Assembly: GCA_965178125.1 (NCBI GenBank)
Contig: OZ237742.1
Location: forward strand, 372,001 to 436,000
Source: Bilabrum cf. latius
Lineage: Eukaryota
Direction: 5' to 3'
Length of the DNA: 64,000 nucleotides
Part shown: piece by piece, positions 50,407-63,900 of the stretch
Position numbering within the stretch: the first letter of the stretch is position 1
Layout: every line of letters starts with the position of its first letter
Position numbers and translations under genes: made by a program
The notes under the pieces: generated by a model
What the model saw: only the letters and a program-made list of their open reading frames with translations
The model's database searches: none
Told to the model about the DNA's origin: nothing

Positions 50407-53400
50407 ATGAAAGCGTTGTCTGCGATTTGTCTACTCGCTCACGCGACTTACGCTCTGAGCGCCGTCGATGAGAGCAATGAGGATGTTCTGCTGCTTGCGA
50501 GCGGTGCACGAGGCTTTCGAAGACTTGAGTGAGAATTCGGTCTCCCTGGATCGATTTTCTTGGATTCCCTGGGGCATACTCCTATGCATCTAATTTCTTT
50601 AGCCATTGCAGGCATACAATGACGACTGTGAACGCGCTCGGCTCTGTATCCACCACGAGCGTGAGAGCTTAGCTATCGAGCCGCGTTGTTCACCTCGAAA
50701 TCGAGCCATCCGTCGTCGGTGTGGTGTGCAGCGCGGGTAATTTGGGCTCAATCGGCCTAACTATCAACTCAACTAGCCCCATGCACGGTCTGGGCCAAGC
50801 TGGTGGCGCCGGTGGCGACGCCTCCTTCCTGGTGGGTGGAAATTCCCTGGGGTGTAACATGCACTTGGCGCAGGACGGCTACGACTTCGAGAGACATTTT
50901 CCCGACCAAGCCACGGGTCTTGGGCACCATGAAGAGGTGCGGGCTGTTCGGGCCGAGCCAACACGTGGATTCACGCTGGAGGCTGGCGAGGTGCAACGAG
51001 TGTGCTCGGCTTGGATTCCAGAGGCCGCCGGCTCGGGGCATGGCAGCCAAGGCAACCCGCAACCTGATTACGACCCCACGCTGCTGCTCAATGAAGCTAA
51101 GACAGCAGGGCCGTCTGATCCATCGAGTCACGGATCTCGTCTTCTCCGCAGCAGCGCGAACTCCGCTGCCGGCTGCGTATCAACCCCCGAGGGATCCACG
51201 GTCGGCCAGGCCATTGCGCATGCTGTCAGCCGGTGGAAGTCTGAAGGGCTGTATCCTGCGAAGTGCATGCCAACTATGCGCCCTGATGGCAGCGAAGCGG
51301 GCGCAAAGCGCGCATGTCCCCTGTTCGTCGTCATGGATGTCTCGCCTGTCCCGTTCTACCACCTCTTCGACGACCTGTCCTTCAGGTACTCCCGAACGGC
51401 TTCAACGGCAGAAAAGCTGTACCATGCGCATGCCACGCAGCACGCCGAGCACGTCCGAGCACTCCGTCAGGATCCGGCGACGAGCGCAGAGCAGCTGGAA
51501 GAGGTGCGTACGCTAAGGCAATTCCTTCGCCACCGCCTCCACCGCGTAGCTGACGACCATGGGAACGCAAACGGCACGTCTTCCAAGATTACCGACATGC
51601 AGGAGCTCCTTCGACTCATCGACGAGCACAACTTGCTTGGCGATTCGGGAAGCCAAGCAACGGCTCGAACGAGCGGTAGGCGGCAGCTGTGGTGGGGTGA
51701 TGACGGCGGTGACGACAACATCTTCTCGAGTGTGGTTTCCACCGTCTCGAGCGCCGCGAGTTCGGTTTATTCGGCTGCCAGTAGCGCTGTGAGCAGCGCA
51801 GTCTCAGCTGTCAGCTAGATCTTGAGCGTCGACTTCGAAGAGAGCCGGAGGCTGATGATCTCGAGCTGGAACTACGAAGACGGAGAAGTGGGCTCGAAAT
51901 CCATCTACCTTGACAGCTATAAGCTGACGTACTGGTGAGACCCCGGTTAGAGAGGCCAAGTCCTACTACTGCTCTTGATCTGCTCGTACAGATGTCATCG
52001 ACACCGCTCAATCCGCCACTGCATTTCCCTCTTGCTTCCCCTTGGTACTCGCAGCAAGGACTGCTACTATGCCATGTACGCCGACGTAGAGGTGGCCCTG
52101 GATGCCAGCGTCAGCGGAGTAAGGTATGCCAAGGTGGAGCTGTCCGGTACGGCGGCCTTCAACTTTGACGTGCGTGTTACTCCGACGAGCGGGACACGGT
52201 CGTTCCCAGAGAGGCGCTACCCCTTCTACCCCTACTCTTCCGATTCCAACTCCAAAAGGCACGCGCACATGACGTCGTTCCGGTTTGTAGTGCTTGGAGT
52301 CCCGATTTCTGTCGATTTTGGGTTGCAGCTGAGCGCGGGCATCTCGGGCAGCGTGTCTGGCACTGTCAAGGGCAACGGACCTGCCGTCAGCGCGTATCGT
52401 ACCATCACGATGGGCGCCGAATACAGGAGCGGAAGCTGGCGCACGCTCCAAGGCGGCTCAATGAGCCTTAGCACGCGAGCTCCAGCGCTGGATCTGTCAG
52501 GTCGGGCCACTGTGATCGCCAACGTGCAGCTGTCCATGCAGGCCAACATGTACGGCGTTTGGCCCCTCAGAGCCATCGTCATCCCAACGGCGGAGGCATA
52601 TCTAGGCGTCGGGTTCAGCACCGGTAGCCAGCAGTGCAGTAGCTTCTAGGCAGCTATTGCCATCTACTTGAAGTGTATGTACCGCATCGAGGTGGACAAG
52701 CTGGGCGTCACCGTTGCGGGCGTGTTCCTGGGTCTTCCGGCGCGGTATTTCTCTGGCACGCTGAGAGCCGAGTACAAGCTCACAGGATCCGGACTGTCTG
52801 GTTGCGTGTCACTGTCCGATTTGGGACGCGGTGTGAGCCGCAGAAGGCTGCTGCCGGCCCCCGGCGATCTCGACAACCCATACATTGCCACTGAGGACCA
52901 GGAGCTGCTCACCGACCCCGGTGAAGGGAGGCGTCTGGCTCTCTCCGATGGGGCAGAGGAACAGCTTTTCTGGCTGGCTACTAGACTAGCCGCGGCATCT
53001 GACCATTCGGGTCTTGACAGCAGCACGTTTGAGTCTATTGCAATAGACCGCGGCCTTCTTACAGCCAATTCCCCTGCTCTCTCAACCATGGGTGCCTACG
53101 ATGGCGCTGGGCGGCAATTGAGCTCTGGGACATGCAACTTCATCGGCTCGCCTTCTGTAGATGGGCTTCGTGCCGAATCAGAGGGTGTCAACATCACGTT
53201 TGCAGTTGTCACGAATGGGACCGGCTGCGGACAAGTGTCTCAAGTCTTGGTGTCGGCATGGCGAGACGATGGCATCATCATCGACACGCAGATTCTGTCT
53301 GACAATGGGTCCTTTGCGTTCACTCAGACTACGGTCTTGGTTCCCAAGAGCGCCTTAGACTTTGCAGGGTCTGATGTGTACTTCGCTGTATCGGTCAGCG

Positions 53401-56400
53401 TAGCCGGTGCAGCCAGCACATCGAGCTCCTCCGCTTACTCGAACACGATTTCGGAGCCTCAGGCCTGGATCGACGGCAGTGGGCAGAATGGAACGTCCGG
53501 CTCGCCGTCTGACGATGACAATTCCGGCTACGGCGGAGTCGGGGGTGGCGACGATGATACCTTTCTGGGCGGTCTGTTCGACGACGACGATGCAGATGAT
53601 GGCGTCGGTTTCAGCATCGGCTCTGGGCTAAGCTACAGGTTTGAAATCGTGGGCCGGAGCAGCTGCTCCAGCACGTGTGGGCAAGGAGTTACATTGCAAG
53701 AGATCGCGTGTGTCGGTGAAAATGCCACCACCGGCCAGACGATGCAGCTGCCGCTTGACAACTGTGAACAAGAGCTTGGGGCATCTGCGCGCCCGCAAGA
53801 TACTCTTCCCTGCAATATTCCATGCAAGGGGCTCTCTGTCGATGGACACTTCGACCGTATTCTTCGCTTGCCGCCGTTTGCCGCCACAGTGTCGGGGTAT
53901 GCAGACATCTGGCTTACATCAGGTACGCGCAACCGCTTCTTCATTCACACCAAGCTGGATAGCCAGGACGACGGGCTCTACATCATGAGCAAACCCACCG
54001 ACGACGTCTCCCTGGCGAGCGTGGAGTCGATGGCAGTAGCTCCAAGAGAGGAATCCTGCCCCAGTCGAATCTTCGGCAGCAAGCAGCAGCCGCGACTCCC
54101 GCACGTGGCTGGATACCTTGCAGCAGACAAGATCTCGTCGAACGTGCTAGCCGGCACTCACGTGATATCAGAAGTCCGAATCTCCAACTAGCGATGCAGC
54201 CCCGACCCCAGTGCGTGGGACGATGGGATTCCTTCCGATGATTCCGGGGCATCCACTGATGACAACTACGGCGATGATGATGCCCCAGAGCCGTGCACTG
54301 CTAGTGTGGACGTGACGCAGGTCCCATACCTGGCTGCAGCATTCGGCACCTTGCGCTGGCTGCGGTTCCCTGTTGGGACGTCGTTCAATGAGAGTGCAGG
54401 CCATGAATGGATCCGCACCGTAGGCTCGAACTTCAACGGGAATGTACCACCGAACAGCAGTCTCCCTACTCCAGAGTGTCCGGACCTGCACTTCAATGAT
54501 GAACGGCAAGACCGCGAGAATTGTATCAAGAATGGAGGCACTGCGTTTGACAAGCCCATGGGTCTCCCGACTTTTGCCCTCTGCCGTGGTGCCAGCCCAG
54601 GCTCTGACAAGTGGTTCGTCGCGATCGAAGGGCTGAGCCCGGACTCACCCAACGCCTCGTATAGCGGTGACTAGTCTACTCCGTGGCCGGGTCACGCCTG
54701 GGAGGACGAGTACGTGACAGGACAGAGCCTCGAGTCGTCTGCGCTGCGCCACATGCTTGTGAGACCGACGACTGGTGCCATTGGCTTTGCAATAGAAGTT
54801 ACTACATCCCAGGTGTCGACCGGCCGGGACGCCGGCGAGGTGGTCCCCGTCGTTCGGGCCAACACGCTCAACTCCAGCGCGGACCATCATGGGTGGATCA
54901 TGCGGCCAGAGGAGTCATCGAAGTGGACGTCTGCCCCCGCGGTACAGCTAAGATCTGGCCAGCACACGACAAGCCTGATCGTGTCTGGGGAGGACTTTGA
55001 CGACCGCGAGAACTACGCGGTGGCACTCGTTGGCACCAACTCTAGAGCCAACGACTCCTCTGTTCTGGAGGTGCACGTTGCCCCCATCATCGACTTGCAC
55101 ATGGGTGAGCGTCAGACGCACTCGCTCCCAACTGAGGGGACCACCTACTTCCGCGTCCGCCTGCCAGGGCCAACTGCAACAGCGCACATCGTGCTCGAGT
55201 CCCTTGTCGGAGATGCAGATATCTTCATCAAGCCCGGGAGCATGTTTGGCAAGCGGATGAGCTGGTCTACCCTGCCTCAATTTCCATCGAATGATGCCGA
55301 TCGCCCCACGTGGTCGTCATACGAGTACTACTCGGTGGAGGAGGTGACAGTATCGCATCTGCACCCTCGCTTCGATCAGACGATATATCTCGCGGTGACT
55401 TCGTGGGAATTGCCCGCGGAATTCCGCATCTCTGTGACACCTACTACGCCAATGGATCCTGGAGTAGTGTACACGGATGCGCTCGAGCCGACTGAGACTG
55501 CCTATTTCGTTGGCTCGGACAGCATCGGAGAGCTCGTTGACGTGGACGCGCAGGACATGTCATTCGATGCCAGGGTGCTGGTTGACAGGGAGCAGCCCGC
55601 GGGGGTGTCCTTGTTCGCTGGTTCAATCGACAGCTACTTTCCCATCGTGCGCAAGGATTACGCCGCGGTCACGGCCAGGGATGTCAGGCCAGGGACGTCG
55701 GCAGAGGTGATTGCCGACTACTCCCCCTCTGGTGCCGTCTCTCGTCAGATGCTCATCGGTGTGCAGGCATCCTACCACGACAGAACGGAAGTTCCAAAGC
55801 CCCTTCCCTTCGACCCCGTGAGCTCATCAGATTTCATTGCCACCCGACGGCGTCTCGAGGAGTCGCCACGCCGTGCTAGCGAAGAGCTGGACGCAATCGT
55901 GGACAGAGCTTTGGCTCGGAAGAGCACAGAGGAGCTGTCAAGCCTGTGCAACGCCAAGGCTTCAGCCACAATTCGCCGCAATGGAGCGTTGGGGCTGTCT
56001 GACAATCGCATCGCAATGTGCGATGAGTTTGCAAGGAGCGCAAGCCAGCATGATCCAGTTGAAAACAGATTCAGTGCCGAGCGCCAGGCTATCCTTGCGG
56101 CGATCGCCCCGGAGTCCGCAAGGGTCCCGCAAACCTCAACTTCATCAGGCGAGGGTGAGCAGGCCCGTCGCAACATGGATGCAACGCGGAAGGAGGCGCC
56201 CGAATCTGACCTTGATACCGGTATGGGCGATGAAACTGTCCGGTTGGCGCTCGCAGCCGCGGAGTCTGGCCTGGTGCCCGAAGAGTACCCCTGGACAGGC
56301 ACTGCAGGAGAGCTTGCGTCCAGCTCGTCGAACCCGATGCCCGTGTACTCGTTGGTGGGTGCAGATGGGTTGCACACCGCATGGTCCAACGAGACGTGCG

Positions 56401-59400
56401 CCGAGTACGGCTCAATTGAGGCCACGCGGGAGTGCGCGCAGCAGCTGGTGAACGGTATTGATGATGGCAAGCAGTCTCCCAGAAGCAACAGGTACTTATC
56501 GGATGGCGGTTCTACGCACTAGATCAGTCTGCAACAGTTTGATCAAGGCACGCAAGAGTGGAGGATGCTGTCTCAGTGCGAGGCTACCCCGGGTATTACC
56601 GTTGCATCGGCCTGCGCCACGGCTGAGGGCAGCTCTGGCAACTCCCTCGAATTCCTTCGCGTGCAAGTTCCTGCGAACACGCTACTATACTTCAGCGTTG
56701 TTGCGAAAGAATCAACGGAGCGGAGCGTGGACGCTGCGTACACGATGAGGTCCAGAACCAGCTCGCTGCCAGGTCCAGGTGCAGGCGAGTTCGAGGACAG
56801 CGCCGTGTCAGCGGGCCGCACCTTCGAGATGGTCAACTGCAGGTACAACGGCGAGGTGGGCTACGTGAGCGTGTAGGGCAACAACGATGCGAGCTCCCCT
56901 ACAATGTTCGAATTGACCGTTGCCGCTGAGGATGCAACTAGGCTCGGTCTGTGCCCAAAGATGGAGTGGCGTGCAGGGCCATGGGGCGACTGGTCACACG
57001 TCTGCAACTCGGCAACTCGCGTTCGTGATGCGCAGTGCGTTCGCTCAGACACCGGATAGCAAGTGGACTCGAGCTTCTGCTAGAGCTCCCTGCTCCCAGA
57101 CCTCGAAGAAACGCGAGACTTTGGCAAGTGCGTGTGGACAGCCTATCCGTGGTCCCAGTGCTCCAAACGATGTGAAGGGGGCACCCAATGGCGCATCGTG
57201 GACTGCCGCAACAGGGATGGGAAAGGCGAAAAGGTTCTCGACCGCGAGTGCACTGACATGCCCGCAACTCAGCGGCCTTGCAACACCGAGTCGTGCCCAG
57301 ACCTTGCATGGATCACCGACGAGTGGTCTCCTTGCTCACGAGAGTGTGGCGGTGGTATCCGAAGGAGGGACGTGTACTGCTATGACTATCGCACCGAGGA
57401 GCCGTACACTACCGCAAGGGGCAGGGTGGCCTGTGAACAGAAGCTCGGACTACCGCCATCCGTCGAGGAGGCATGCAACATGGAAGTGTGCAGCCAGACG
57501 CAGTTCAGTCTCGTGCAGATGGACGTGAGGCAGCTGCAGAATGGTATCCCTAGGACAGAGCCACTCGTGCCCGCAGAGAGTGTGAGCTACTACATGTGGG
57601 AGAGAACTGCTCAGGCCAAGGGAGTGTGCGTGCAGGTGAGGCAGCAGGACGTGGTCACAACCACGAGCGTGTGTTCCGTGCGTGAGCAGCAGGATGCTGC
57701 TGCATGCGTGCGGCAGTTCCAGTCTTGCCAAGAGGACTTCACTGGATCAACTGACGACATGATTGTTAACAACGCAAGTCACTACTCTGATTGTGCCCAG
57801 GTGGCAGCCGAGTGCGTCGCGTCGATCGGATGCGGGCTCCGGGATCCCTTGATGGAGAGCGTCCTGTACCGCATGGACTCGGTTCTCAGTAAAGACACTG
57901 GCTCTGGCTTTCAGGTTGCTCTCGAGGCTGGGTCGATGGCTCCGAACGAGCCTGGTTAGGTTGAGCTCTTCATGAGCCCAGTGTCAGACTCCATGGCAGA
58001 CGGCATCCGAGAGGGCGCTGGCACGCTTGGCGATGCCATCGTGCAGCCCGCTGCTTCCAAGGGCTCGCTCGCGTACAAGCTGCAGCAGGAGATCGGCACC
58101 GGGTTCCAGCCGCCGACCAGTTTGGCCAGCGCCCGCTGGTACTTCCAGCCGGCCTTCCGCACTGGCACCCAGACGCTGTGGGCTTGGGACGACATTGACC
58201 CGATGTCCAAGGCCACGGAGCGGTTCTTGATCGGTGTCAAGGCTAAAGACAAGGCGCGTGCTGCCCACGTGACCGCGACCGGCCTGCAGGCTTTCCCTGT
58301 GGCACTCAGTGGCAGCCTCGCCGAGGGTCCTGTCACAGTGCAGCAGATCCGGACTGGCGGCCTCAAGCTGGTGATCACACTGTCGTGCGACCTCTTCCTC
58401 ACGCCTCAGGAGCTACTGAACCAGGTGCGGCTAACCAACCCCAACGCGACCATTGCAGACATCCTGTCAGCGGGTGACGCGAAAGCAGCCGGCGTCGATG
58501 AATCGAGCGCGGTGGCGCCGAGCCCCAACCTCATCCTGGTGGGCATGACCTCGCTGCAGAGCTCGGCCAAGGGCTGGAACAGAGCTGCCAAACTGCCGCT
58601 GCTTCGCAACCAAGATGGTGAAATGGCCCGAATCTCGATGGGTGGACAAGCCCTCGAGCTCACGCTACCAGCCGTGGAAGGGTATGACCCTGCAGGAGAC
58701 GAAACGATCCAGGTGTCGATCCCCGCCGCCATGCTAAGGAGTGGGAGGGCCACCACCGTGCCTGTGAGCGAGGGTGCCATCCAGGTGCTTGCGGACAGGG
58801 CTGACTGCATCGTGAGCGAGTGGGGTCCCTGGTCTGAGTGCGACAAGATCTGCAGGCCTGGCAGGCAGTTCCGGCAGCGCAGCGTGTCGAGTCTGCCGAG
58901 AGGAGACGGATCCACCTGTCCTGCAACGCTGGAGGAGCGAGACTGCAACACGTGCGATCCCTGTTCCGGCGTTGAGTGTCAGAACGGCGGGTTCTGTGTG
59001 TTTGGCCAGTGCATGTGCCCACCTGGCTACAGTGGCACCGACTGCAGTGCCCCGCCGCCGTTCTTGTAGGCGTTCTGGAGAGCTGGAGATTGGGGCAAGT
59101 GCAGCACGGCATGCGGGGGTGGTCTGCAGCCGCGCACTGTGCAGTGCGTGTACCCTGACATGGGCAATGGCGGTCAGCTCGAAGTGGCCCCCTCTGACGA
59201 CGTGCAGGGTGCCGTGAACCAGTACCAGCGGTGGGTAGATGACGGCAGCCGGGGCGACCGTCCGGAGTATGACCCCACGACCATGTGCGATGCCGCCGTG
59301 ATGCCGATTGTCGAGCGCGAATGCAACGTGCAGGCCTGCTCGGAAGCTGTCGTTGACTTCAGCATCGAGATGGATCCGCCGGGTGCCACTGCATCGGGAC

Positions 59401-60749
59401 CAGACAGTGCCGCGAGGCGGCTCTTTTTCTGGGATGATGACGACGACAGCGACGATTTCCTGTCTTCTGCTGTGTCGCAGGTCTCGTCCGAGATGGTGGA
59501 CTCTGTTCTGGCTGGCGTGCACTCGGAGGTGGTCAGTGCTCTGGGACTAGACCCGCTGCAGGTCATTCCAGAGAGCGTGCAGGACTGGTTCATGGACGAG
59601 ATCGGTCTCGGCGGGCGGCGGGTGCTCCGTCGGAACCGCGCCACGTTCAACGCGAGGGTGCAGTCGCGGCAGGCTGCCTCTGTCATCAAGGGCAAAGATG
59701 GATCTGCTGCCGAGAAACTGGGGCTCTCCGGCAAGGTGGGTGGCATGGTGAACTCGCGTTTCAGCCGGCGCGTGCTCTAGCAGTCAAGTGGTAGTGAGGG
59801 GGACGCTGTCAATGCCATTGATGAGTTTGTCCGACAAGCGGGCGACCCGGAGTCCACTCTCCGAACGCGCGGCACGTTCCTTCCTGGCATGAGCGGGAAC
59901 ATTTCGTTCGCGATCAGATCGGGCGTATCGGGCGAGGTGGAACGCGTGGTTGTGGTGCCAGTGCAGCCTGCAGTCCAGCGGCTAGATGATGCTGGCAGCG
60001 ATGGCGGGTCGACTGACGGAGGATCCACTGACGGAGGATCCACTGACGGAGGATCCACTGACGGAGGATCCACTGACGGAGGATCCACTGACGGCGGGTC
60101 GATTGACGGCGGGTCGACTGACGGAGGATACACTGACGGAGGATCCACTGACGGAGGATCCACTGACGGAGGATCCACTGACGGCGGGTCGATTGACGGC
60201 GGGTCGACTGACGGAGGATCCACCAATGACACCATTGGTGACAGCAATAGCGGCAGCCTGGATCAAGACAGCCCAGGCGACAACAACGAGTCCGGAGACC
60301 CTGGCACTGGGCTTACCATCGCAGTCGGCGCGGCCGTGGTGTGCGGTGTGGCCGCACTGGCCCTGGGTGCCCTCTTCTTCATGCAGAGCCGGCAGATGGG
60401 ACCCTTTGCACCGCGCCGAGCGGTGCAGAACAACCCGATGGAGTTCGGGTACAGGTCCAAGGGCCACGGGCTCGGTGGCCCGCAGGTCGGTGCAGGGGGC
60501 ATGCCGACCGCACCCAACTTGAAGGGCCTGTCGCACGGGCCTGGCGCATCCACGGCTCCGTCCATCGCGGCCCCTGACGGTCGTATGCAGCAGATTCGAG
60601 ACGCTAATCAGAGGGGCATCCAGCCCGCCCTCCGTGACGATGGGCACGCGTCTGTGAACCCGCTGGCGATGGCTCACTCGCCTGCTCTCGCTCGCCAAGC
60701 GGCCAGCGATGAGTCGGAACACTCTGGCTCGAATGCAAGCGCCGTCTGA
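50407..60749 (+). CDS. Giant type I membrane adhesin-like protein (~3379 aa) with thrombospondin type-1 repeats, EGF, (DGGST)n and TM; exons 50407-50528, 50612-51934, 52055-60749
   Basis: Signal MKALSAICLLAHATYALS. Introns 50529-50611 and 51935-52054 (GTGAGA...GCAG). TSP1 motifs WSQCSKRCEGG, WSPCSRECGGG, WGPWSECDKIC, WGKCSTACGGG; EGF CQNGGFCVFGQCMCPPGYSGTDC; TM IAVGAAVVCGVAALALGALFFM. 12 TAGs (50670, 51816, 52647, 54189, 54672, 56520, 56874, 57057, 57081, 57957, 59067, 59778); ends TGA. Confidence 0.88.
60000..60224 (+). repeat. 15-bp coding repeat, (DGGST)15 juxtamembrane spacer
   Basis: GACGGAGGATCCACT-type units. The DGGSI variant recurs after 6 units (90 bp). Confidence 0.92.
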
Positions 60750-60958
60750 ATTCGCCCTTTTGCATTGGGCGTCTTTGTGCAGTGCTTTACTCTCAAAACT
60801 TGCATGTTTGCTTCGCTTTCTCTTACCACCGCGTATGCACCTCAGGCCACACTGTGCCCGGTCACCCTTGCCGTCCGTCATCAAAACGGTTTCGCCAGTG
60901 GACTCGTCACACCTCGTACCACCGCGGAAGTTCCTCGAAAAGGCACAATTTCCTCGAA

Positions 60959-63900
60959 ATGCCTGGAAAATCAGGAGGTTATGGAGCAGTTGGTGATCCT
61001 CGATTATAGTATAGAGTGAAAGAATAGCTTGATATTTTCCAGAAGGCAAAAGGTCCGTTCCTTCCTTCTCCAGATACAATGATTGATATGCTGCGGCAGG
61101 AGTACCCGGACTACAAGAACAGAAAAATCCCTCGCAAGGTCGTTGATAAAGCACTTGGGCATGCATCTAGATAGGTATCCGGAGAGCCTTCAAGGAAGCT
61201 ACCTGCTCAGCCAAGACGCGTCAAAGCCTCCAACTTTGATAGAGATGCAACTGCTGGTATGCAGGAGCCAGAGGATATTGCAAACCCACCTGACAAGCCG
61301 AATGGGGGGAAAGCCAAGCCATACAACCCCATGCCCGGTGCACCACGACCGAAAGCCGCTGACGACGCAGGACAGGCCGGAAACAGGGCACTTGCCGATG
61401 GTACCTCTCGCCGCAAGCGTAAGGCAAGTCAGTTGCTGCGAAAGGGGGGTAAGCGACGACGAAAATCGGGCCAGAATAGTAAGGGTGGCGCAGAGTACTC
61501 GTCATCTAGCTCTAGTGACGATGATAGCGATGCAGAAGGGGGAAATCAAGGTGACAGCGGAACGTCCAGCTTCAAGGAGGTTTTGGGGGCCTCGGAGCGG
61601 CCAGCAACGCGGTACTCTGACCTTGGCGGCATCGAAGGCGTGCTGTATGCAGTCCGAGAATTGATTGAGTATCCCTTGACTCACCCCGAGGTGTACGCTC
61701 ACATCGGGGTCGATCCCCCGAGGGGCGTGCTGCTCCACGGACCGCCCGGATGTGGCAAGACCTTGCTGGCGCACGCAATCGCGGGTGAGCTGGGCGTGTC
61801 GTTCTTCCGCGTGTCGGCTCCTGAGATCACCTCCGGTGTGGTGGGGGCAGCTGAGAAGAAGATTCGGTCCATATTCGAGTCGGCGAGGCAGGCCGCCCCC
61901 TCGCTCGTGTTCATTGACGAGATCGATGCGATCGCGCCCAAGCTGGAGGCAGGCTCCAGGGGCATGGAGCGAAGGGTCGTGGCCCAGCTGCTCACTGCCA
62001 TTGATAGGCTGGGAGATCCTGAGCCGGACGCAGGCGAGGTCGGAGGAGTCCAAGAGGAGAAGGGAGCGCAAGCTACTGGGAGTGTCTAGGCTGGCACACC
62101 AGCGAGCGGGGCTGGGGCCGGTGCAGCGGCAATGCAAGACGGTGACGATGCAGTAGATACCGCAACAGGTATAGAACCCAGTACGGCAGACGCGCCTAGA
62201 CTCAGACCGGCCGTGGTGGTACTGGGAGCCACATCCAAGCCGGAGAACATCGACCCGGGTCTCAGGCGATCGGGCAGATTCGACAGAGAGGTTGGGCTGG
62301 GCATTCCAGACGAGAAGGCGCGGGCGCACATCCTGCGGCGACTCACGCGAGGGATGAAGCTATCTGAAGAAATCAATGTTGAAGACATTGCTAGGCGGTC
62401 GCCTGGATACGTTGGAGCTGACCTCGCTGCGCTGACCAAGGAGGCCGCAGTGTGCGCGGTGCACCGCGTGTTCGGAAAGGTAGTGGCGGGATCTGGACTG
62501 GGCTCGGCGGCTGCGATCAAGCCTCCAGTGGCTAGCAGTTTGCCAGGCATCGCTGCATCTGGCATGTCTTCGGCGCTGTCCGCATCTGCTGCGGCCACAT
62601 CCTCTTCGACCTCGTCTTCCTCCTCGTCCAGCGCTGCAGCGGGCACGACTTCAAGTCAGCGCACGGAGGAGAGCTTCTCCAAGTTCGAGAGGGAGAGCAA
62701 ATACTTACGTGAGATGGGCCCGCTCGGCCATGGGCTGCTGGACGAGCTCAAGGTTACGATATCCGATTTCGAAGAGGCACTCAAGAAGGTGCAGCCGTCG
62801 GCCACACGGGAAGGCTTCGCCACGGTGCCCAAGGTGACGTGGGACGATGTTGGCGCCCTGCAGAACATCCGAGACGAGCTGCGTCTGTCGATCTTAGAGC
62901 CGATTAGGAACCCAGAGGCCTATCAGGACCTCGGCATGCTGGCATCGGCTGGCCTTCTGTTGTTTGGCCCCCCCGGGTGCGGCAAGACTCTGCTGGCCAA
63001 GGCGATCGCGAATTAGAGCGGGGCCAACTTCATTTCCGTCAAGGGCCCCGAGCTGCTTGATAAATACGTGGGAGAATCCGAGCGCGCGGTGCGGCAGGTT
63101 TTCTCCAGGGCCAACGCGTCGGCGCCATGCGTCGTTTTCTTTGACGAGATTGACGCGTTGGCGCCCCGCCGCGGTGGCTCTGGCTCCGGGAATGCCGTGA
63201 CTGATCGGGTTGTAAACTAGCTGCTCACCGAGCTGGATGGCATGGACGTACGACGAGACGTCTTCATCATCGCTGCAACCAACCGACCCGACATCATCGA
63301 CAAGGCCATGCTTCGGCCGGGGCGCCTGGACAAGTTGTTGTACGTGCCTCTGCCCACTGCCAGCGACAGGGCGGCCATCCTGGAGACTCACACCCGCAAG
63401 GTTCCGATGGGCACCGACGTGGACGTGCACAAGCTCGCTCACGATCCTCGCTGCGAAGGATTCTCAGGTGCAGACCTTGCGGGCCTGGTGCGCGAGTCGG
63501 CCATGGAATCTCTTAGAGAGCGGTTGGGTATGGAGCCGAGGGCGGTCGCAGAGAAGAGGATGGCGTCTGCTCCTCGAGGAGTTGGAACAGGTGCGATTGC
63601 AGCGCCAGCGACTGCCGTAGCTTCTACATCCTCGTCGTCTGGTGCTTCAACCGTTGATGTACCAGCCACGCCAGGGGGGACCAAAGCATCCGTCTGTGCC
63701 CGGCACTTCGACGCTGCGTTCGACAAGGTAAGGCCGTCGGTGTCTCGAGCGGACCAGCGGATGTACGAGAGGATCAGGGCCTCCGTGCACGGCCTGAGCG
63801 GGGCAAAGGGCAAGGCTGCGCGAGTGGCAGAAGCAGCCGCGGCCGTAATCAAGGCCTAGAGCAAGGCTGGTCCGGGGGACTCTGGGTCTGAGGCGAGCGC

